This document shows positions 38,371 to 49,700 of a stretch of DNA of 57,461 nt, in pieces. The DNA lies in assembly GCA_040752695.1 (NCBI GenBank), contig JBFMGO010000016.1, positions 6,637 through 64,097 of the forward strand. The letters run 5' to 3'. A model generated the notes under the pieces. It made no database searches. It saw only the letters and a list, made by a program, of their open reading frames with translations, and was not told the origin of the DNA. Each line of letters starts with the position of its first letter. The first letter of the stretch is position 1. A program made the position numbers and the translations under genes. Source of the stretch: a bacterium (lineage in GTDB: Bacteria; SZUA-182; DTGQ01).

Positions 38371-40773
38371 ATGAAAATTAGTTATAAGCTTATTCAACAA
38401 TATATCAACTGCCCTTTGAGCCCCGAAGAGCTGAGCGAGAAGCTGACCATGGCGGGTCTTGAAGTTGGCGCAGTCGAAAAAAAGGGGGATGACCTTAGCC
38501 GTTGTGTGGTAGGGCAGATCCGTGAAATCAACCCGCATCCACAGGCGGACCGGCTGACCGTGTGCCGGACTGATGTAGGGACCGAGGTTCTGACGATTGT
38601 CTGCGGTGCCCGAAATATGAAAGTTGGCGACAAGGTTCCTGTGGCTCAGGTAAACTGCACGTTGCCCGGCGGGTTTACCATCAAGAAATCCAAGCTTCGG
38701 GGAGTGATATCCGAGGGAATGATGTGCTCGGAAAAAGAGCTCGGTCTCAGCGAGGAATCGGCAGGACTGATGATTTTGCCTGCTGATGCACCGATCGGGG
38801 CGGAAATTGCCTCATATCTCGGGCTCGGTGATGCGGTTTTGGAAGTAGAGCTTACTCCTAACCGGGGCGACTGTCTCTCCATGCGGGGGATCGTCCGGGA
38901 AATCGCGGCCCTGACCGGAGAAAAACCCGAAAGAATGGAGGTCAATCCTGTTGAAGAGGGTGAAGATGTGCAGGATTTCATCTCCATAGAGATAAAGGAT
39001 CCGGATCTTTGTCCCCGGTATGCGGCCAGGCTCATTTCCGGAGTCACCATCGGCCCGTCCCCTGTCTGGCTCGTCCAGAGGTTGAAGTCCCTCGGCATAC
39101 GCTCTATCAATAACGTGGTGGATGTCACCAATTTTGTTATGATGGAATGGGGTCAGCCGCTTCACGCCTTTGACTATGATCTCATTCAAGGCAAAAAAAT
39201 TATTGTCCGCAGGGGCAAAGAGAATGAAAAAATCGTTACCCTGGATAATGTCGAGCGGGAACTGACCCCTCAAAACCTGGTGATAGCAGATGCGAACCGT
39301 CCTGTCGCTGTGGCTGGAGTCATGGGTGGGGCCAATACCGAAGTTTCCGAAAAGACCAGGAACATTCTCCTTGAGAGCGCCTTCTTCACTCCCATCCAGA
39401 TTCGCCGGACTGCACAAAGGTTCGGGCTTCACAGCGAAGCTTCACATCGCTTCGAGCGGGGAGTCGATCCTGAGGGCTCGGTTTGGGCTTTAAACCGGGC
39501 AGCGCAATTGATCCTCGATACGGCTGGGGGAAAGGCGGCCAGGGGCGTGATCGATGTCTATCCTGCGCCATTTTCGCCCCGGACCATTATCCTGCGATTA
39601 GCTGTGCTCAAGGATGTCCTTGGAACCCAAGTGCCGCAGGAGAAGGTGGTTCGTATTCTGCAGGATCTTGACTTTTCGGTAACCCGGATTGATCAAAAAA
39701 GCCTTGATGTTTGCGTCCCGGCTTTTCGCTGGGATATCGAGCGGGAAATTGACCTGATCGAGGAAGTGGCCAGGATTTACGGGTACTCCAACATCCCGGT
39801 GAGTTATCCTTCAACAGCTCTTTCTCCTGAACAAAAAACAAAGTCAAAGGATTTTGAAGCAAAGATCAGGAATGTTCTCATTGGTCTGGGATTTTATGAA
39901 GCCATCAATTTCAGCTTTATTTGCGGACAACTCCTGAATGACCTCCCTGCTATCGATCCATCTCTTGACCATGGAGGCAGGGTCTACCTTAAAAATCCGC
40001 TGGTAGAGGGGAATAATGTCTTGAGAACTTCCCTCTTACCGGCCTTACTTGAAAATGTGGCTTACAACCAGAATCGGCAGATAGAGAATATCCGGCTGTT
40101 CGAATTGGGAGCATGCTTTTTCCCCGGCAATAATGGATCTTTGCCGAATGAAAAAACAATGCTGGCTATGGTCATGCAGGGGACAAGGCAGCCCCGCTCG
40201 TGGCGGGGAAAATCCGATCCCCTGACCTTTTTCGATCTTAAGGGTGTAGTGAAGGCCCTGATGGTTGGCCTGAGAATCTTAGATTATGCCATTTCTCCCA
40301 AAGATACCCCCTGGCTTGGCTCATCTCAGGCAGCGTGTCTGAAAGTCCCGACTCAAACAGTTGGTTTTTTCGGAAGAGTAGGCAGGGATATCCTGGAATA
40401 TTTTGGTATCGAAAAGGAGGTTTTTGCGCTCGAATTACAGGTAGAGCTTCTGAAGGCATCAGAAAAGATGACCTTACGACCTATACCCAAATATCCTTCC
40501 GTATCGAGGGATCTGGCATTGATTGTTCCTGAGGAAGTAACCTATCAGGAGGTTGAGCAGAGTATCTGGGAGATGGATATCGATATTCTGCAGCAAATCC
40601 ATCTTTTCGATCTGTATCGAGGAGAGCAGATTCCGGAAGGGAAAAAAAGCATGGGATTATCGTTGATCTATCAATCCCTGATCAGAACCTTAACCGATCA
40701 GGAGGTCAACGTAATCCATGAAAAAATTATCGATCACTTAAGCAAAAAATTTTATGCTTCGTTGCGGGAGTGA
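38371..40773 (+). CDS. pheT: phenylalanine--tRNA ligase beta subunit
   Basis: HPQADRL, SEGMMCS, TPNRGDCLS, RFERGVD and DLIEEVARIYGY motifs. Confidence 0.99.
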   Translation: MKISYKLIQQYINCPLSPEELSEKLTMAGLEVGAVEKKGDDLSRCVVGQIREINPHPQADRLTVCRTDVGTEVLTIVCGARNMKVGDKVPVAQVNCTLPGGFTIKKSKLRGVISEGMMCSEKELGLSEESAGLMILPADAPIGAEIASYLGLGDAVLEVELTPNRGDCLSMRGIVREIAALTGEKPERMEVNPVEEGEDVQDFISIEIKDPDLCPRYAARLISGVTIGPSPVWLVQRLKSLGIRSINNVVDVTNFVMMEWGQPLHAFDYDLIQGKKIIVRRGKENEKIVTLDNVERELTPQNLVIADANRPVAVAGVMGGANTEVSEKTRNILLESAFFTPIQIRRTAQRFGLHSEASHRFERGVDPEGSVWALNRAAQLILDTAGGKAARGVIDVYPAPFSPRTIILRLAVLKDVLGTQVPQEKVVRILQDLDFSVTRIDQKSLDVCVPAFRWDIEREIDLIEEVARIYGYSNIPVSYPSTALSPEQKTKSKDFEAKIRNVLIGLGFYEAINFSFICGQLLNDLPAIDPSLDHGGRVYLKNPLVEGNNVLRTSLLPALLENVAYNQNRQIENIRLFELGACFFPGNNGSLPNEKTMLAMVMQGTRQPRSWRGKSDPLTFFDLKGVVKALMVGLRILDYAISPKDTPWLGSSQAACLKVPTQTVGFFGRVGRDILEYFGIEKEVFALELQVELLKASEKMTLRPIPKYPSVSRDLALIVPEEVTYQEVEQSIWEMDIDILQQIHLFDLYRGEQIPEGKKSMGLSLIYQSLIRTLTDQEVNVIHEKIIDHLSKKFYASLRE

Positions 40774-40791
40774 TCACTCGTAGTCAACCCT

Positions 40792-41064
40792 ATGTCTTTT
40801 AATAAGATTGTCCAGATAAAAGCAAAAATAAAACAAGTTTCAGAGTTAGTAAAGAAATTACGAGAAGAAAACCTGAAGTTAAAGGAACAGGTGTTTGAGT
40901 ACGAGCAGCTTTTAAAACAAAAGGAAGTGGAATTGCAGGAGAATAAAAAAAAGCTACAGGTCATTGCATCTTTGGAGCGCGAGAAAAGGCAATTTCAAAT
41001 GGACAGGGAAATCCTTCAACAAACTGTTGACCAGATGATCGAGGAGTTGAAAGAGTTTACATAA
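40792..41064 (+). CDS. coiled-coil protein, ZapB-like
   Basis: 90-aa all-coiled-coil ORF directly upstream of zapA. Confidence 0.7.
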   Translation: MSFNKIVQIKAKIKQVSELVKKLREENLKLKEQVFEYEQLLKQKEVELQENKKKLQVIASLEREKRQFQMDREILQQTVDQMIEELKEFT

Positions 41065-41069
41065 TCTCC

Positions 41070-41384
41070 ATGTCAGCCATGTCAGAATTCAGCCAAAAAA
41101 CTACAATTGAAGTCCTGGGCGAAGAATATGCGATTAAAAGTGATATTCCACCCAAAGAAGTACGTCGGCTGGCCGGGTATGTTAATACCAAAATGGAAGG
41201 CATCAGGCACAAAGCGAAGGGCATACCGTCACTGACGGTAGCGGTGCTGGCCTGTTTAAATATAGCTGAAGAATTGTTCGCGGTGAGAAGGCAGCTTGAA
41301 GAAACCCAAAATTTGATGGAGGAAGAAGCAACTAATATCCTTAAACTGCTGGATGAGTTTTTTTCGTCTGCAAATGAATACTGA
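41070..41384 (+). CDS. zapA: cell division protein ZapA
   Basis: IEVLGEEYAI, LAGYVNTKM and VAVLACLNIAEEL motifs; precedes 6S RNA. Confidence 0.92.
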   Translation: MSAMSEFSQKTTIEVLGEEYAIKSDIPPKEVRRLAGYVNTKMEGIRHKAKGIPSLTVAVLACLNIAEELFAVRRQLEETQNLMEEEATNILKLLDEFFSSANEY

Positions 41385-41525
41385 GTTGTTCAGGTTATAA
41401 TGATGAGCGGTCTTTTATAGGTAGAATAAAATTTTTGCCAGTCAATTGGAGGCATGATAATGCCTTTATATTTTTCAATGAAAATAATCAAGTATACCCT
41501 TACGTTACAGGATCAGTTTCGTGTC

Positions 41526-41554
41526 TTGAAAATGTAATTGGAAAATGATATAGT
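41526..41554 (+). promoter_or_regulatory. sigma-70 promoter of 6S RNA
   Basis: TTGAAA-17 nt-TATAGT with an extended TG, ~10 nt before the RNA. Confidence 0.7.
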
Positions 41555-41563
41555 ATACTCGTA

Positions 41564-41738
41564 ACCCCTGCTATACGCGTGATAGATTTGATGGTTTTGA
41601 GCCAACAGTAGAAAAAACGGGAGCCCAGCTTTGAGTGTAGAAAGCATGCCCCTTAGAGGGACCCTTGAAACACTTAAGAGGGTACCCACCTGGTAACCCA
41701 GGTTCAAGCTCTCATTTCTACACGGTAAGAGCGGGGGT
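41564..41738 (+). ncRNA. ssrS: 6S RNA
   Basis: Located between zapA and 5-FCL; closing stem ACCCCTGC/GCGGGGGT; TGAGCC...GGGAGC...CCCACCTG...GGTTCAA motifs; ~175 nt. Confidence 0.9.
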
Positions 41739-41946
41739 AATTTATACGTATAATTTTATACCGAAAAAGACCTTCCATCCATCATCCCCATATACCCCAG
41801 TGTTCTTTCTGCTGATGATTCAATCCATCCGGCAGTGGAGAAATTTTCAAGAAGTAACACCTTATTAAACAAGCCTCACGAAACATTACTATTTCATTCG
41901 GGAAACATATTCATTTTTATTCAAAGGGTCACATTCTATTCAATCT

Positions 41947-42525
41947 ATGGATAAGGAAAAAGATAGTATCCGCAAGAGAGTAATGTCGCAAAGGAACAAA
42001 ATACCTTTGGAAGATCGGCAAAAAAAGAGCCGGTTGATCATGGATCAAATGATTCAGTCTTCCGACTTCTCAAAAGCCCTGACTCTGATGGTATACGTTT
42101 CTTTCGTGAGTGAAGTTATAACCAGTGGGATAATAACTCACTCTCTGGAAAAGAAGAAAAAGATAATCGTTCCGGTTGTGGACGTGGCCAATCATCAACT
42201 GCTTTTATCGGAAATCAGGAGTGATGATGAATTGACCCCTTCCACATATGGCATCATGGAGCCTCAACAGTTGCGAATCGTGCAGCTTGACCAGATTGAG
42301 CTGTTCATCATACCTGGAGTCGCTTTTGATGAAAAGGGAGTAAGACTAGGTTATGGAGGGGGGTACTTCGACCGTTTACTCGGTGATAGAAATCAACACC
42401 AAAAATTGATTGGCCTTGCCTTTGAATTACAGATGCAAAAGGAGCTTCCCTGTTCGCCCCATGATATTTTAATGGACATGGTTATCACGGAAGAAAAGGT
42501 AAGGTCTTTTGGCTCTAGACCATAA
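41947..42525 (+). CDS. ygfA: 5-formyltetrahydrofolate cyclo-ligase
   Basis: YGIMEP, IPGVAFD..G.RLGYGGGYFDR and PHDILMDMVITE motifs. Confidence 0.95.
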   Translation: MDKEKDSIRKRVMSQRNKIPLEDRQKKSRLIMDQMIQSSDFSKALTLMVYVSFVSEVITSGIITHSLEKKKKIIVPVVDVANHQLLLSEIRSDDELTPSTYGIMEPQQLRIVQLDQIELFIIPGVAFDEKGVRLGYGGGYFDRLLGDRNQHQKLIGLAFELQMQKELPCSPHDILMDMVITEEKVRSFGSRP

Positions 42526-42556
42526 GAGCTTTACTACTTGAAGGGGGTGAGTAAGA

Positions 42557-44122
42557 TTGATTAGTGGAGAGATCTGTGCTGTACTTATCATTGCCGTTGC
42601 CGCTGTTTGTCTCTTTGCGGGATATTTCTTCCGAAAGAAATTTTCTGAAAACAAGCTGGTTAATGCTGATGCCATGGCTCAAAAAATTATCGCCGAGGCT
42701 GAAAAAGAGGCAAATAATAAAAAGCGGGAGGCAGTTTTAGAAGCCAAGGATCGATTATACCAATCAAAGGCTGAATTTGAAAAGGAGACCAAGGAAAAGA
42801 AAGCTGAGTTGCAAAAGCTCGAAAAGCGGCTTTCCCAAAAGGAGGAGAACCTAGATCGAAAGGTAGAAGTCCTGGATAAAAAAGAGCAGGAGCTTAACAC
42901 CAAAGCCAAGAGCCTGGGGAACAGGGAAAAGGAGCTTAACCAGAAGATTGCCGAATATGATTCGATTACTCAGGAGCAAAAAAACCTTTTGGAAAGAATC
43001 TCCAATATGAGTTCCGAAGAGGCCAAAGCAATGCTCATGGCTAAAATGGAGAATGATGCACGGCATGATGCCATGCGGTTTATCAAGAAAATCGAAGAGG
43101 AGGCCAAGGAGACCGCCAGCAAGAGGTCCAAGGAAATCATCAGTCTGGCTATTCAGCGCTATGCAGCGGATGAGGTTGTGGAAGCTACCGTCTCGGTAGT
43201 GGATCTGCCCAATAACGAGATGAAAGGAAGAATTATCGGCCGTGAGGGGCGCAACATCCGTGCCCTCGAAATGGCTACCGGCGTTGACCTGATTATCGAT
43301 GATACACCGGAGGCGGTTATTATTTCCGGGTATGATCCCATTCGAAGGCAGGTAGCCAAGCATGCCCTGGAAAAGCTCATTGTCGATGGCCGGATTCATC
43401 CGGCCCGTATCGAAGAGGTAGTCAACAAGTGCCAGAAAGAGATCGAGAACTCCATCAGGGAGGAAGGCGAAAAGACTACCTTCGAATTGGGCGTTCATAA
43501 TCTGCATCAAGAAGAGGTGAAGCTGATCGGACGCCTGCGGTACCGGACAAGTTATGGGCAAAACGTTTTACAGCATTCCAAAGAAGTCGCCTACCTGGCT
43601 GGCATTATGGCCGCAGAACTCGGTATAGATGTCCAGTTGGCCAGGAGGGCTGGTCTTTTGCATGATATCGGCAAAGCCGTCGATCACGAGGTGGAGGGCT
43701 CGCATCCCAAAATCGGTGCTGAGTTGGCGAAAAAGTTTAATGAGCCTCCTGAGGTCATAAATGCCATTGCCTCTCATCACGAGGACGAGGAGCCTAAAGG
43801 GATAATTGCGGTTCTGATCCAGGCAGCCGATACCCTGTCCGCTGCCCGGCCGGGTGCTCGAAAGGAAAGCCTGGAAACCTATATAAAAAGACTGGGGAAC
43901 CTGGAAAAAATCGGATGCTCATTTAAAGGGGTAGAAAGCGCCTACGCCATTCAGGCGGGAAGGGAGATTCGGATCATTATCGAGCCGGAAAAAGTTGGGG
44001 AGAACCATCTGGGAACCCTGGCCAAAGACATTGCCAAAAAGATTGAAGAAGAACTGGAATATCCAGGCCAGATCAAAGTCACTCTGATCAGGGAATCAAG
44101 AGCTGTAGAATACGCCAAGTAA
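42557..44122 (+). CDS. rny: ribonuclease Y
   Basis: TM anchor, coiled coil, KH domain ([14 protein letters not shown]) and HD domain (LLHDIGKA). Confidence 0.98.
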   Translation: MISGEICAVLIIAVAAVCLFAGYFFRKKFSENKLVNADAMAQKIIAEAEKEANNKKREAVLEAKDRLYQSKAEFEKETKEKKAELQKLEKRLSQKEENLDRKVEVLDKKEQELNTKAKSLGNREKELNQKIAEYDSITQEQKNLLERISNMSSEEAKAMLMAKMENDARHDAMRFIKKIEEEAKETASKRSKEIISLAIQRYAADEVVEATVSVVDLPNNEMKGRIIGREGRNIRALEMATGVDLIIDDTPEAVIISGYDPIRRQVAKHALEKLIVDGRIHPARIEEVVNKCQKEIENSIREEGEKTTFELGVHNLHQEEVKLIGRLRYRTSYGQNVLQHSKEVAYLAGIMAAELGIDVQLARRAGLLHDIGKAVDHEVEGSHPKIGAELAKKFNEPPEVINAIASHHEDEEPKGIIAVLIQAADTLSAARPGARKESLETYIKRLGNLEKIGCSFKGVESAYAIQAGREIRIIIEPEKVGENHLGTLAKDIAKKIEEELEYPGQIKVTLIRESRAVEYAK

Positions 44123-44164
44123 ATCCAAAGATGTCACTTTTCAGGGAGCATGAAGAGGTCCTCT

Positions 44165-44201
44165 GAGCATGAAGAGGTCCTTTTCATGCTCACGTTTTTT
44201 T
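44165..44201 (+). terminator. intrinsic terminator after rny, with a duplicated 5' arm
   Basis: GAGCATGAAGAG-gtc-CTTTTCATGCTC followed by ACG and T7. The 17-mer GAGCATGAAGAGGTCCT also occurs at 44146. Confidence 0.6.
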
Positions 44202-44290
44202 CAATCTCTTTTTCCCCTATTTAAGAATACACAATCATTCACGCATGAATAACCATCCATGAAGAATAGAATAATAAGCTGAAAGACTAT

Positions 44291-45067
44291 ATGAAAATAC
44301 TCTTTATCGGTGATATCGTCGGCACGGGAGGCAGAGAGGTAATCAGGCAACTGCTCCCTGAGATTTTCCAAGAGTATCAGATTGATTTTTGCATTGCTAA
44401 CGCTGAGAATGCCGCAGGTGGTCTGGGTATAACCCCTCAGATTGCTCAACAGCTCTTGCAGGAAAAGATCGATGTTCTGACCTCCGGAAACCATATCTGG
44501 GATAAAAAAGAAATCCTCAATTTCATTTCGACGGAGAGGCGCCTCCTGCGGCCGGCTAACTATCCGGATGCCCCTGGCCACTATGCACAGGTCTATATAT
44601 CCAGCCAGGGAGAAAAAGTCGGAGTGCTGAACCTTTCGGGCAGAATTTACATGGCTCCTCTTGATTGCCCTTTTCGGGCTGCTGCAGCTAAGGTCCCGGA
44701 ATTACAAAAGGAGTGCAATACCATCATCGTAGATTTCCATGCAGAAGCCACTTCGGAAAAACAGGCTATGGGCTGGTATCTTGATGGAGAAGTCAGTGCC
44801 GTAATCGGCACCCATACCCATGTTCAGACCGCTGATAATACCATCCTTCCCAAGGGTACCGCTTACATGACAGATGCAGGTATGACGGGTCCCTTTGACT
44901 CAGTTATCGGTATTGAGAAAGACATTGCCATTCAAAAGTTTCTTACGCATATGCCTCATAAATTTCAGGTGGCCAAAAAAGATCTGCGACTGAACGGCGT
45001 GGTAATCGATATCGATTCGAATACGGGGACAGCAAGGCGCATCCAGAGGCTGCAAATCAGCATGTGA
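44291..45067 (+). CDS. ymdB: YmdB/TIGR00282 family metallophosphoesterase
   Basis: GDIVG, NAENAAGG, SGNHIWD, DFHAEATSEK and GTHTHVQT motifs. Confidence 0.96.
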   Translation: MKILFIGDIVGTGGREVIRQLLPEIFQEYQIDFCIANAENAAGGLGITPQIAQQLLQEKIDVLTSGNHIWDKKEILNFISTERRLLRPANYPDAPGHYAQVYISSQGEKVGVLNLSGRIYMAPLDCPFRAAAAKVPELQKECNTIIVDFHAEATSEKQAMGWYLDGEVSAVIGTHTHVQTADNTILPKGTAYMTDAGMTGPFDSVIGIEKDIAIQKFLTHMPHKFQVAKKDLRLNGVVIDIDSNTGTARRIQRLQISM

Positions 45068-45212
45068 GCACCCCCCTTTTTATACCCGCCCGGCCTGGTC
45101 ACATCTTTGCCCCTCCCTTCCTGTATACTTGCCTCACTACAAAAGGAAACGTCAGACAAGGCCAACAGGATAATAATGGTGTGGGAAGCTTTTCTCATGG
45201 CTTTTTGCTCTA

Positions 45213-45265
45213 TCGGACACAGAAAGCGGACGGCTAAAGACGTCCGCACTCCGAAATATGTCCGA
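45213..45265. repeat. REP-like palindrome in convergent intergenic region
   Basis: AAAGCGGACG-gctaaaga-CGTCCGCACTCC (reads GGAGTGCG... on the minus strand), nested inside TCGGACA/TGTCCGA. Confidence 0.55.
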
Positions 45266-45359
45266 AGGAAATAGGCCTAAAAAGAGCGCTTGTTTCAGAG
45301 GGCCGGGAGTTTCCGTTATTCCTGATTTTTAGTTCCTGATTTTTTTAACGGGAAACGCT

Positions 45360-46562
45360 TTATCGTTCCTGCATGGGTATATACAGACGGTTGTGGTCAC
45401 CGATATAGGCTTGCGTGGGACGGAAAATCCGGTTATCCTGAACCTGTTCCAGCCAGTGTGCTGCCCAGCCGACAACTCTGGCGATAGCGAAAATGCAGGT
45501 AAAAAGATCGATGGGAATACCCAAGCATTCATAAACGATGCCGGAGTAAAAATCCACATTCGGACACAGATTCTTATGAGAAAGTTTCTTATCGACAACC
45601 TCCTCCAGCTTCAGAGCGATCTTGTATAAGGTTTTAACCTCCACGCCGGGAAAGGCATCAAGCAGTTCGGGAATCAGTCCCTGCAGGAGAGTAGCACGGG
45701 GGTCCTTGGTCTTATAGATCCGGTGTCCGATACCCATGATCTTGGATTTACTGTTAATTTTTTCGTCCACGAAGGATTCCACATTGTCCGGGTGACCGAT
45801 GGAATAGAGCATTCGTATGACCCGCTCATTGGCACCGCCATGAAGGAATCCGCTCAAGGCTCCGATGCCTCCTGAAATCGAGGAATAAATACTGGCCTGG
45901 GTGGAGCCGATTACCCTGGTGGCAAAAGTAGATGCATTCATGGTATGTTCCATGTGCAGGATCAGGCACTTATCTAGTACCTTTGCCGCCTCCGGATTAG
46001 GGGGATTGCCGGTCAGCATATAGAGCAGATTTTCCGCATGGTTGTATTTGGCCTGCGGTGGCATCGGCTCCTCGCCGTTACGGTAACGTTCAAAAGCCGC
46101 CATAACCGTGGGTAACCGGGCGATGAGTGAAATAGCACGCCGCAGGTTGTGACGGGGGGAGGAAACATCGTCTGCATAGTAATCTTCTCCCTGAAGGAGA
46201 ACCGTCGCGGTCTGAAGAGCGACCATGGGATGCATGCCCACAGGGAAATGGGTAATTGCCTCGCGGACCGTATTGGTAATGGAGCGTGATTTAGCCAAAA
46301 GGGTTTTAAACTGACTGTATTCCCGCTCCGATGGAAGATGTGAATAGAGTAAGAGGTAGGCAGACTCTTCAAAATTACTATTCTCAACCAGGTCTTTGAC
46401 GCTGATACCACGGTATTCCAGAATCCCCTGCTTCCCATCGATATGGCTGACAGAGGACTTGTTGCAGATAACCCCTTCAAGTCCAGGGCGATAGGGCTCC
46501 TCCTGTATGGATTTCTCTTTGAGTTCTTCTGTCGTGAGGACGATACCTTCCTGATTTTCCAT
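45360..46562 (-). CDS. gltA: citrate synthase
   Basis: PGLEGV, EHTMNASTF, LHGGANE, MGIGHRIYKTKDPRA and PNVDFYSG motifs. Confidence 0.95.
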   Translation of the reverse strand: MENQEGIVLTTEELKEKSIQEEPYRPGLEGVICNKSSVSHIDGKQGILEYRGISVKDLVENSNFEESAYLLLYSHLPSEREYSQFKTLLAKSRSITNTVREAITHFPVGMHPMVALQTATVLLQGEDYYADDVSSPRHNLRRAISLIARLPTVMAAFERYRNGEEPMPPQAKYNHAENLLYMLTGNPPNPEAAKVLDKCLILHMEHTMNASTFATRVIGSTQASIYSSISGGIGALSGFLHGGANERVIRMLYSIGHPDNVESFVDEKINSKSKIMGIGHRIYKTKDPRATLLQGLIPELLDAFPGVEVKTLYKIALKLEEVVDKKLSHKNLCPNVDFYSGIVYECLGIPIDLFTCIFAIARVVGWAAHWLEQVQDNRIFRPTQAYIGDHNRLYIPMQER

Positions 46563-46778
46563 ATGCTTCTCCTTTCCTTTTCATTCCGGCAATTAAGATG
46601 GACGGACAATTCAGGTTCTATTGCGCTTGAGGGGAACTATACCATAAAATCTGAATCAAAACCATAGGTGTTCATTACGCTCAGCACTTCTCTTTTTTCT
46701 CCTTGGCATAAAGGCACCGGCACCGGCCATTCAGCGGCCCATATATCATTACTGGCCCACAAGTTTTCGGCTAATATA

Positions 46779-49700
46779 TCACTGGCCGCTCAGTTTAATC
46801 CTGCTGCCTGTACCGTCTCCGCGTGCGGGGAAAACTTCAAGGTAGCGTGGCATGCGCTCTCGCAATTCCTGGACATGGCTGATAATGCCGACGGTCCGGT
46901 CAGACGATTGGAGCCGCTCCAGGGTATTCATGACCAGATCCAGCTTTTCATTATCCAGAGTGCCGAATCCTTCATCGAGAAAGAAGAATCCCAGGTGTTG
47001 CGATCTTCCTCTTGACTGGACCTGAGACGAGAGGGCAAGGGCGAGAGAGAGCGCGGTCAGAAAGGTTTCTCCGCCGGAGAGGGAGGACACCGGCCGCTCC
47101 TTTCCTCCATTGAAGCTGTCGATCATGAAGAAATTGTTATCCTGGTCCACCCGCAGGCTGTAGCGTTCCTGGGTCAGAAAGCGGAGGGAATGGGATGCTT
47201 CACGGCACATATACTCCAGGTATTCGTGGCTGAGAAAGGTGACTAGGGCCCTTCCTTTGAGCAGCCTGGCCAGTTCATCGGCCTGATCGATGCGGCGGTC
47301 AAGGATCTTGGTCTCCTTTTCAATTTCCTGCCAGCGCAGATGGTTTTTCTCGAGTTTCTCCAATTCTCCATCCACGACAGCCAATTGCCTGTCAGCGGCC
47401 TCGACCTGCTGCTTTAAGGTTTCATAGCACTGCACAAGCTGCCCATAGGCGGAAAGGTCAAAGGTATGGCCTTCCAGCTTTTCCGCTACCGACGTGAGGC
47501 GGGCATTATTGTTCATAGCAGCTTCCTGGTAGGATTTGACCTCCTTTTGCAGGCCGGCCAGATCCTTTTTATCCATCAGTGCCCCTTTCACTGCCTCGAT
47601 CGATGTGAATTCTTCCTCGGCCATACGCTGACCCAAAGACCTTTGAGCACGCTGCTCGCTCTCGGCCAGCGTTTCCAGTTTCCCCCGGCAGGTATCGAGC
47701 CCGGAATGCAGTTCCTGAAGCTGTCGCTCGGATTGGCGGAAAAACGCTTGCGCCTCATGGAAACGCTTTTCTACAGAGGCGATGGCTGTTTCATTTTCCT
47801 GAATCAGTGCACGGATGGGACGGCCTTGCGTCACTTCCCTGATGGTGCGCTCAAGATCGGCAATGCCTTGAGCAAGACTCGTCAGGCTCGATTGCAGGCC
47901 GGACTTTCGAACATCGAGTTCCCCCTTTTTTTTCATCCCCGCTTCTATTTTCAGTCTCAATTCCTCGATGAGCCTGGTTTGTTTCTTGTGCTGCTCCTGG
48001 TAAAGGGCCAGCGTCTTCTCCTGCCTTGTAAGTGTCTGATACTGCCGGCGGATATAGTCCAGATTCAAGTCCTGGTCCTGGCCCTTGTCCTGGTCAGGCT
48101 TCATGCCGTAATCAGGCTTCAGGTCATGATCCTGAATCTTTCCCTTCAATGCATCCGTAAGCCCTCTGACCTCTTCCTCCATCCTGGCAACCTTCTCCTT
48201 TTGCTTTTCGATTTCCTTGCGGCTGCCTGAGAGGGCTGTAGCCATTTGTGTAAGTCGCAGCTCAAACCGGGAGAGCTTCTTTTGTTCCTCAAGCCAGTTT
48301 TTTTTCTGGGCCTGAAGCCGGGCAAGATCCTCCTTGAGCCCCTCGGACAGAGCAGGCGCAGGATGCTGCTTGGAACCACAGACCGGACAGGGGAGCCCCT
48401 CTTTGAGGTGTAAGGCAAGATGCGCTCCTTCACTCCTCAGCTTCATGAGGTCAAGCCCCCTGTCGCACTGCTCCAGGGCCTCCTGGATACCCTTTTTTTC
48501 CTTCTCCAGCCAGTCCAAGGTTTCTGTCTCTCCCGTAGTCATCGTTTCCGTAAGAGGAGAGTGAGAAAAGGGTGCCTCATTGGCGGACCAAAAGGCAGAT
48601 GCAGTAAAATGTCCCTTGAGGGCATTCATCCACTGATGCTCGGCCTGCTCTTGCTCGTCGAGAGTTTTTTCGAGGCCGGCCATCTCCTGTGCCAGTGACT
48701 TCTCTTTGTCCTCCATCAGGGCCAGTTGCTGGAACGCCTCGTGGATGACGCGTTTTTGGTCCGGAGCTACTCTGTTTTTATCGATTTCCTCATCGATCAT
48801 CTGAAGCTGCTCCCGCTCGGTGTGCAATTTCTGCTGATCCTTTGTTATTGCATCGCTTAATTGGGAAAGCTCATCCTGGACCTTAACGCTTTCAGCCTGC
48901 TGTCTTGCCTGTTCCTTTTTCTTTTCCTTGTGCTGTGCGTGGATCTCAAGGCAGCTTTTGAGTTTCTCCCTCATTTCATACAGCCCCGGCAGTTTCTCCT
49001 CGCGGTCACGGGAGGCGGCCTTTTGGTTCTCCTCACACTTTTGATGCAGGATTTGCTGCTCGTTCAGGGCTTTTTGCTGGCTTGTAAGATTCAGGGATTC
49101 TTTCTGCTGAGCCTGTTGAAGGGATCGAAGCATTTCAAGATCTGTGCGGCATCGCTCCGCTTTTTCAGCAAGAGTGATTCGATTTTTCTTTTGCTTCATG
49201 ACCTCTTCTTGCTCTTCAAGGGCTTCCCTGTGCTTTTCAAGCTCGACTTTTTCCTCATGCCATCCCTTGACACGTCGCTGTACCTCCTCTTCCTGGCGAA
49301 GCTTCTCAAGGTTTGTCTTCTGCACTGCCAAAAGGCTGCTCAGGCGGGCCTTTTCCTTTCTCCTGACCTCCAGGGTGGCCAGGGAGCAGTCACCAAGGCC
49401 CTTCACCTCCCCCTCGAGTTCCCGTTTTCGGCTTGTGGCCTGCTCTTTGGCCCTGCTCGCTTTTTCAAAGATCTTCTGCCCGTAACAGGAAAGGTTGAAA
49501 ATATTCTCCAGCATGGCAGCCTTGTCCTTTCCTTTCAGGGAGAGAAATGCGTCGAATTTCCCCTGTGGAAGCACCACAGCCCTGGTAAATTCCTCTTCGC
49601 TTAAGCCGATGAGCTTCTGAATGGCAGCTTTGACTTCGGTGATTTTTTCCACTTTGGGAGTGTATTTGCCACTCTCCGGATCGAAACGGCAAAGAAGAGA

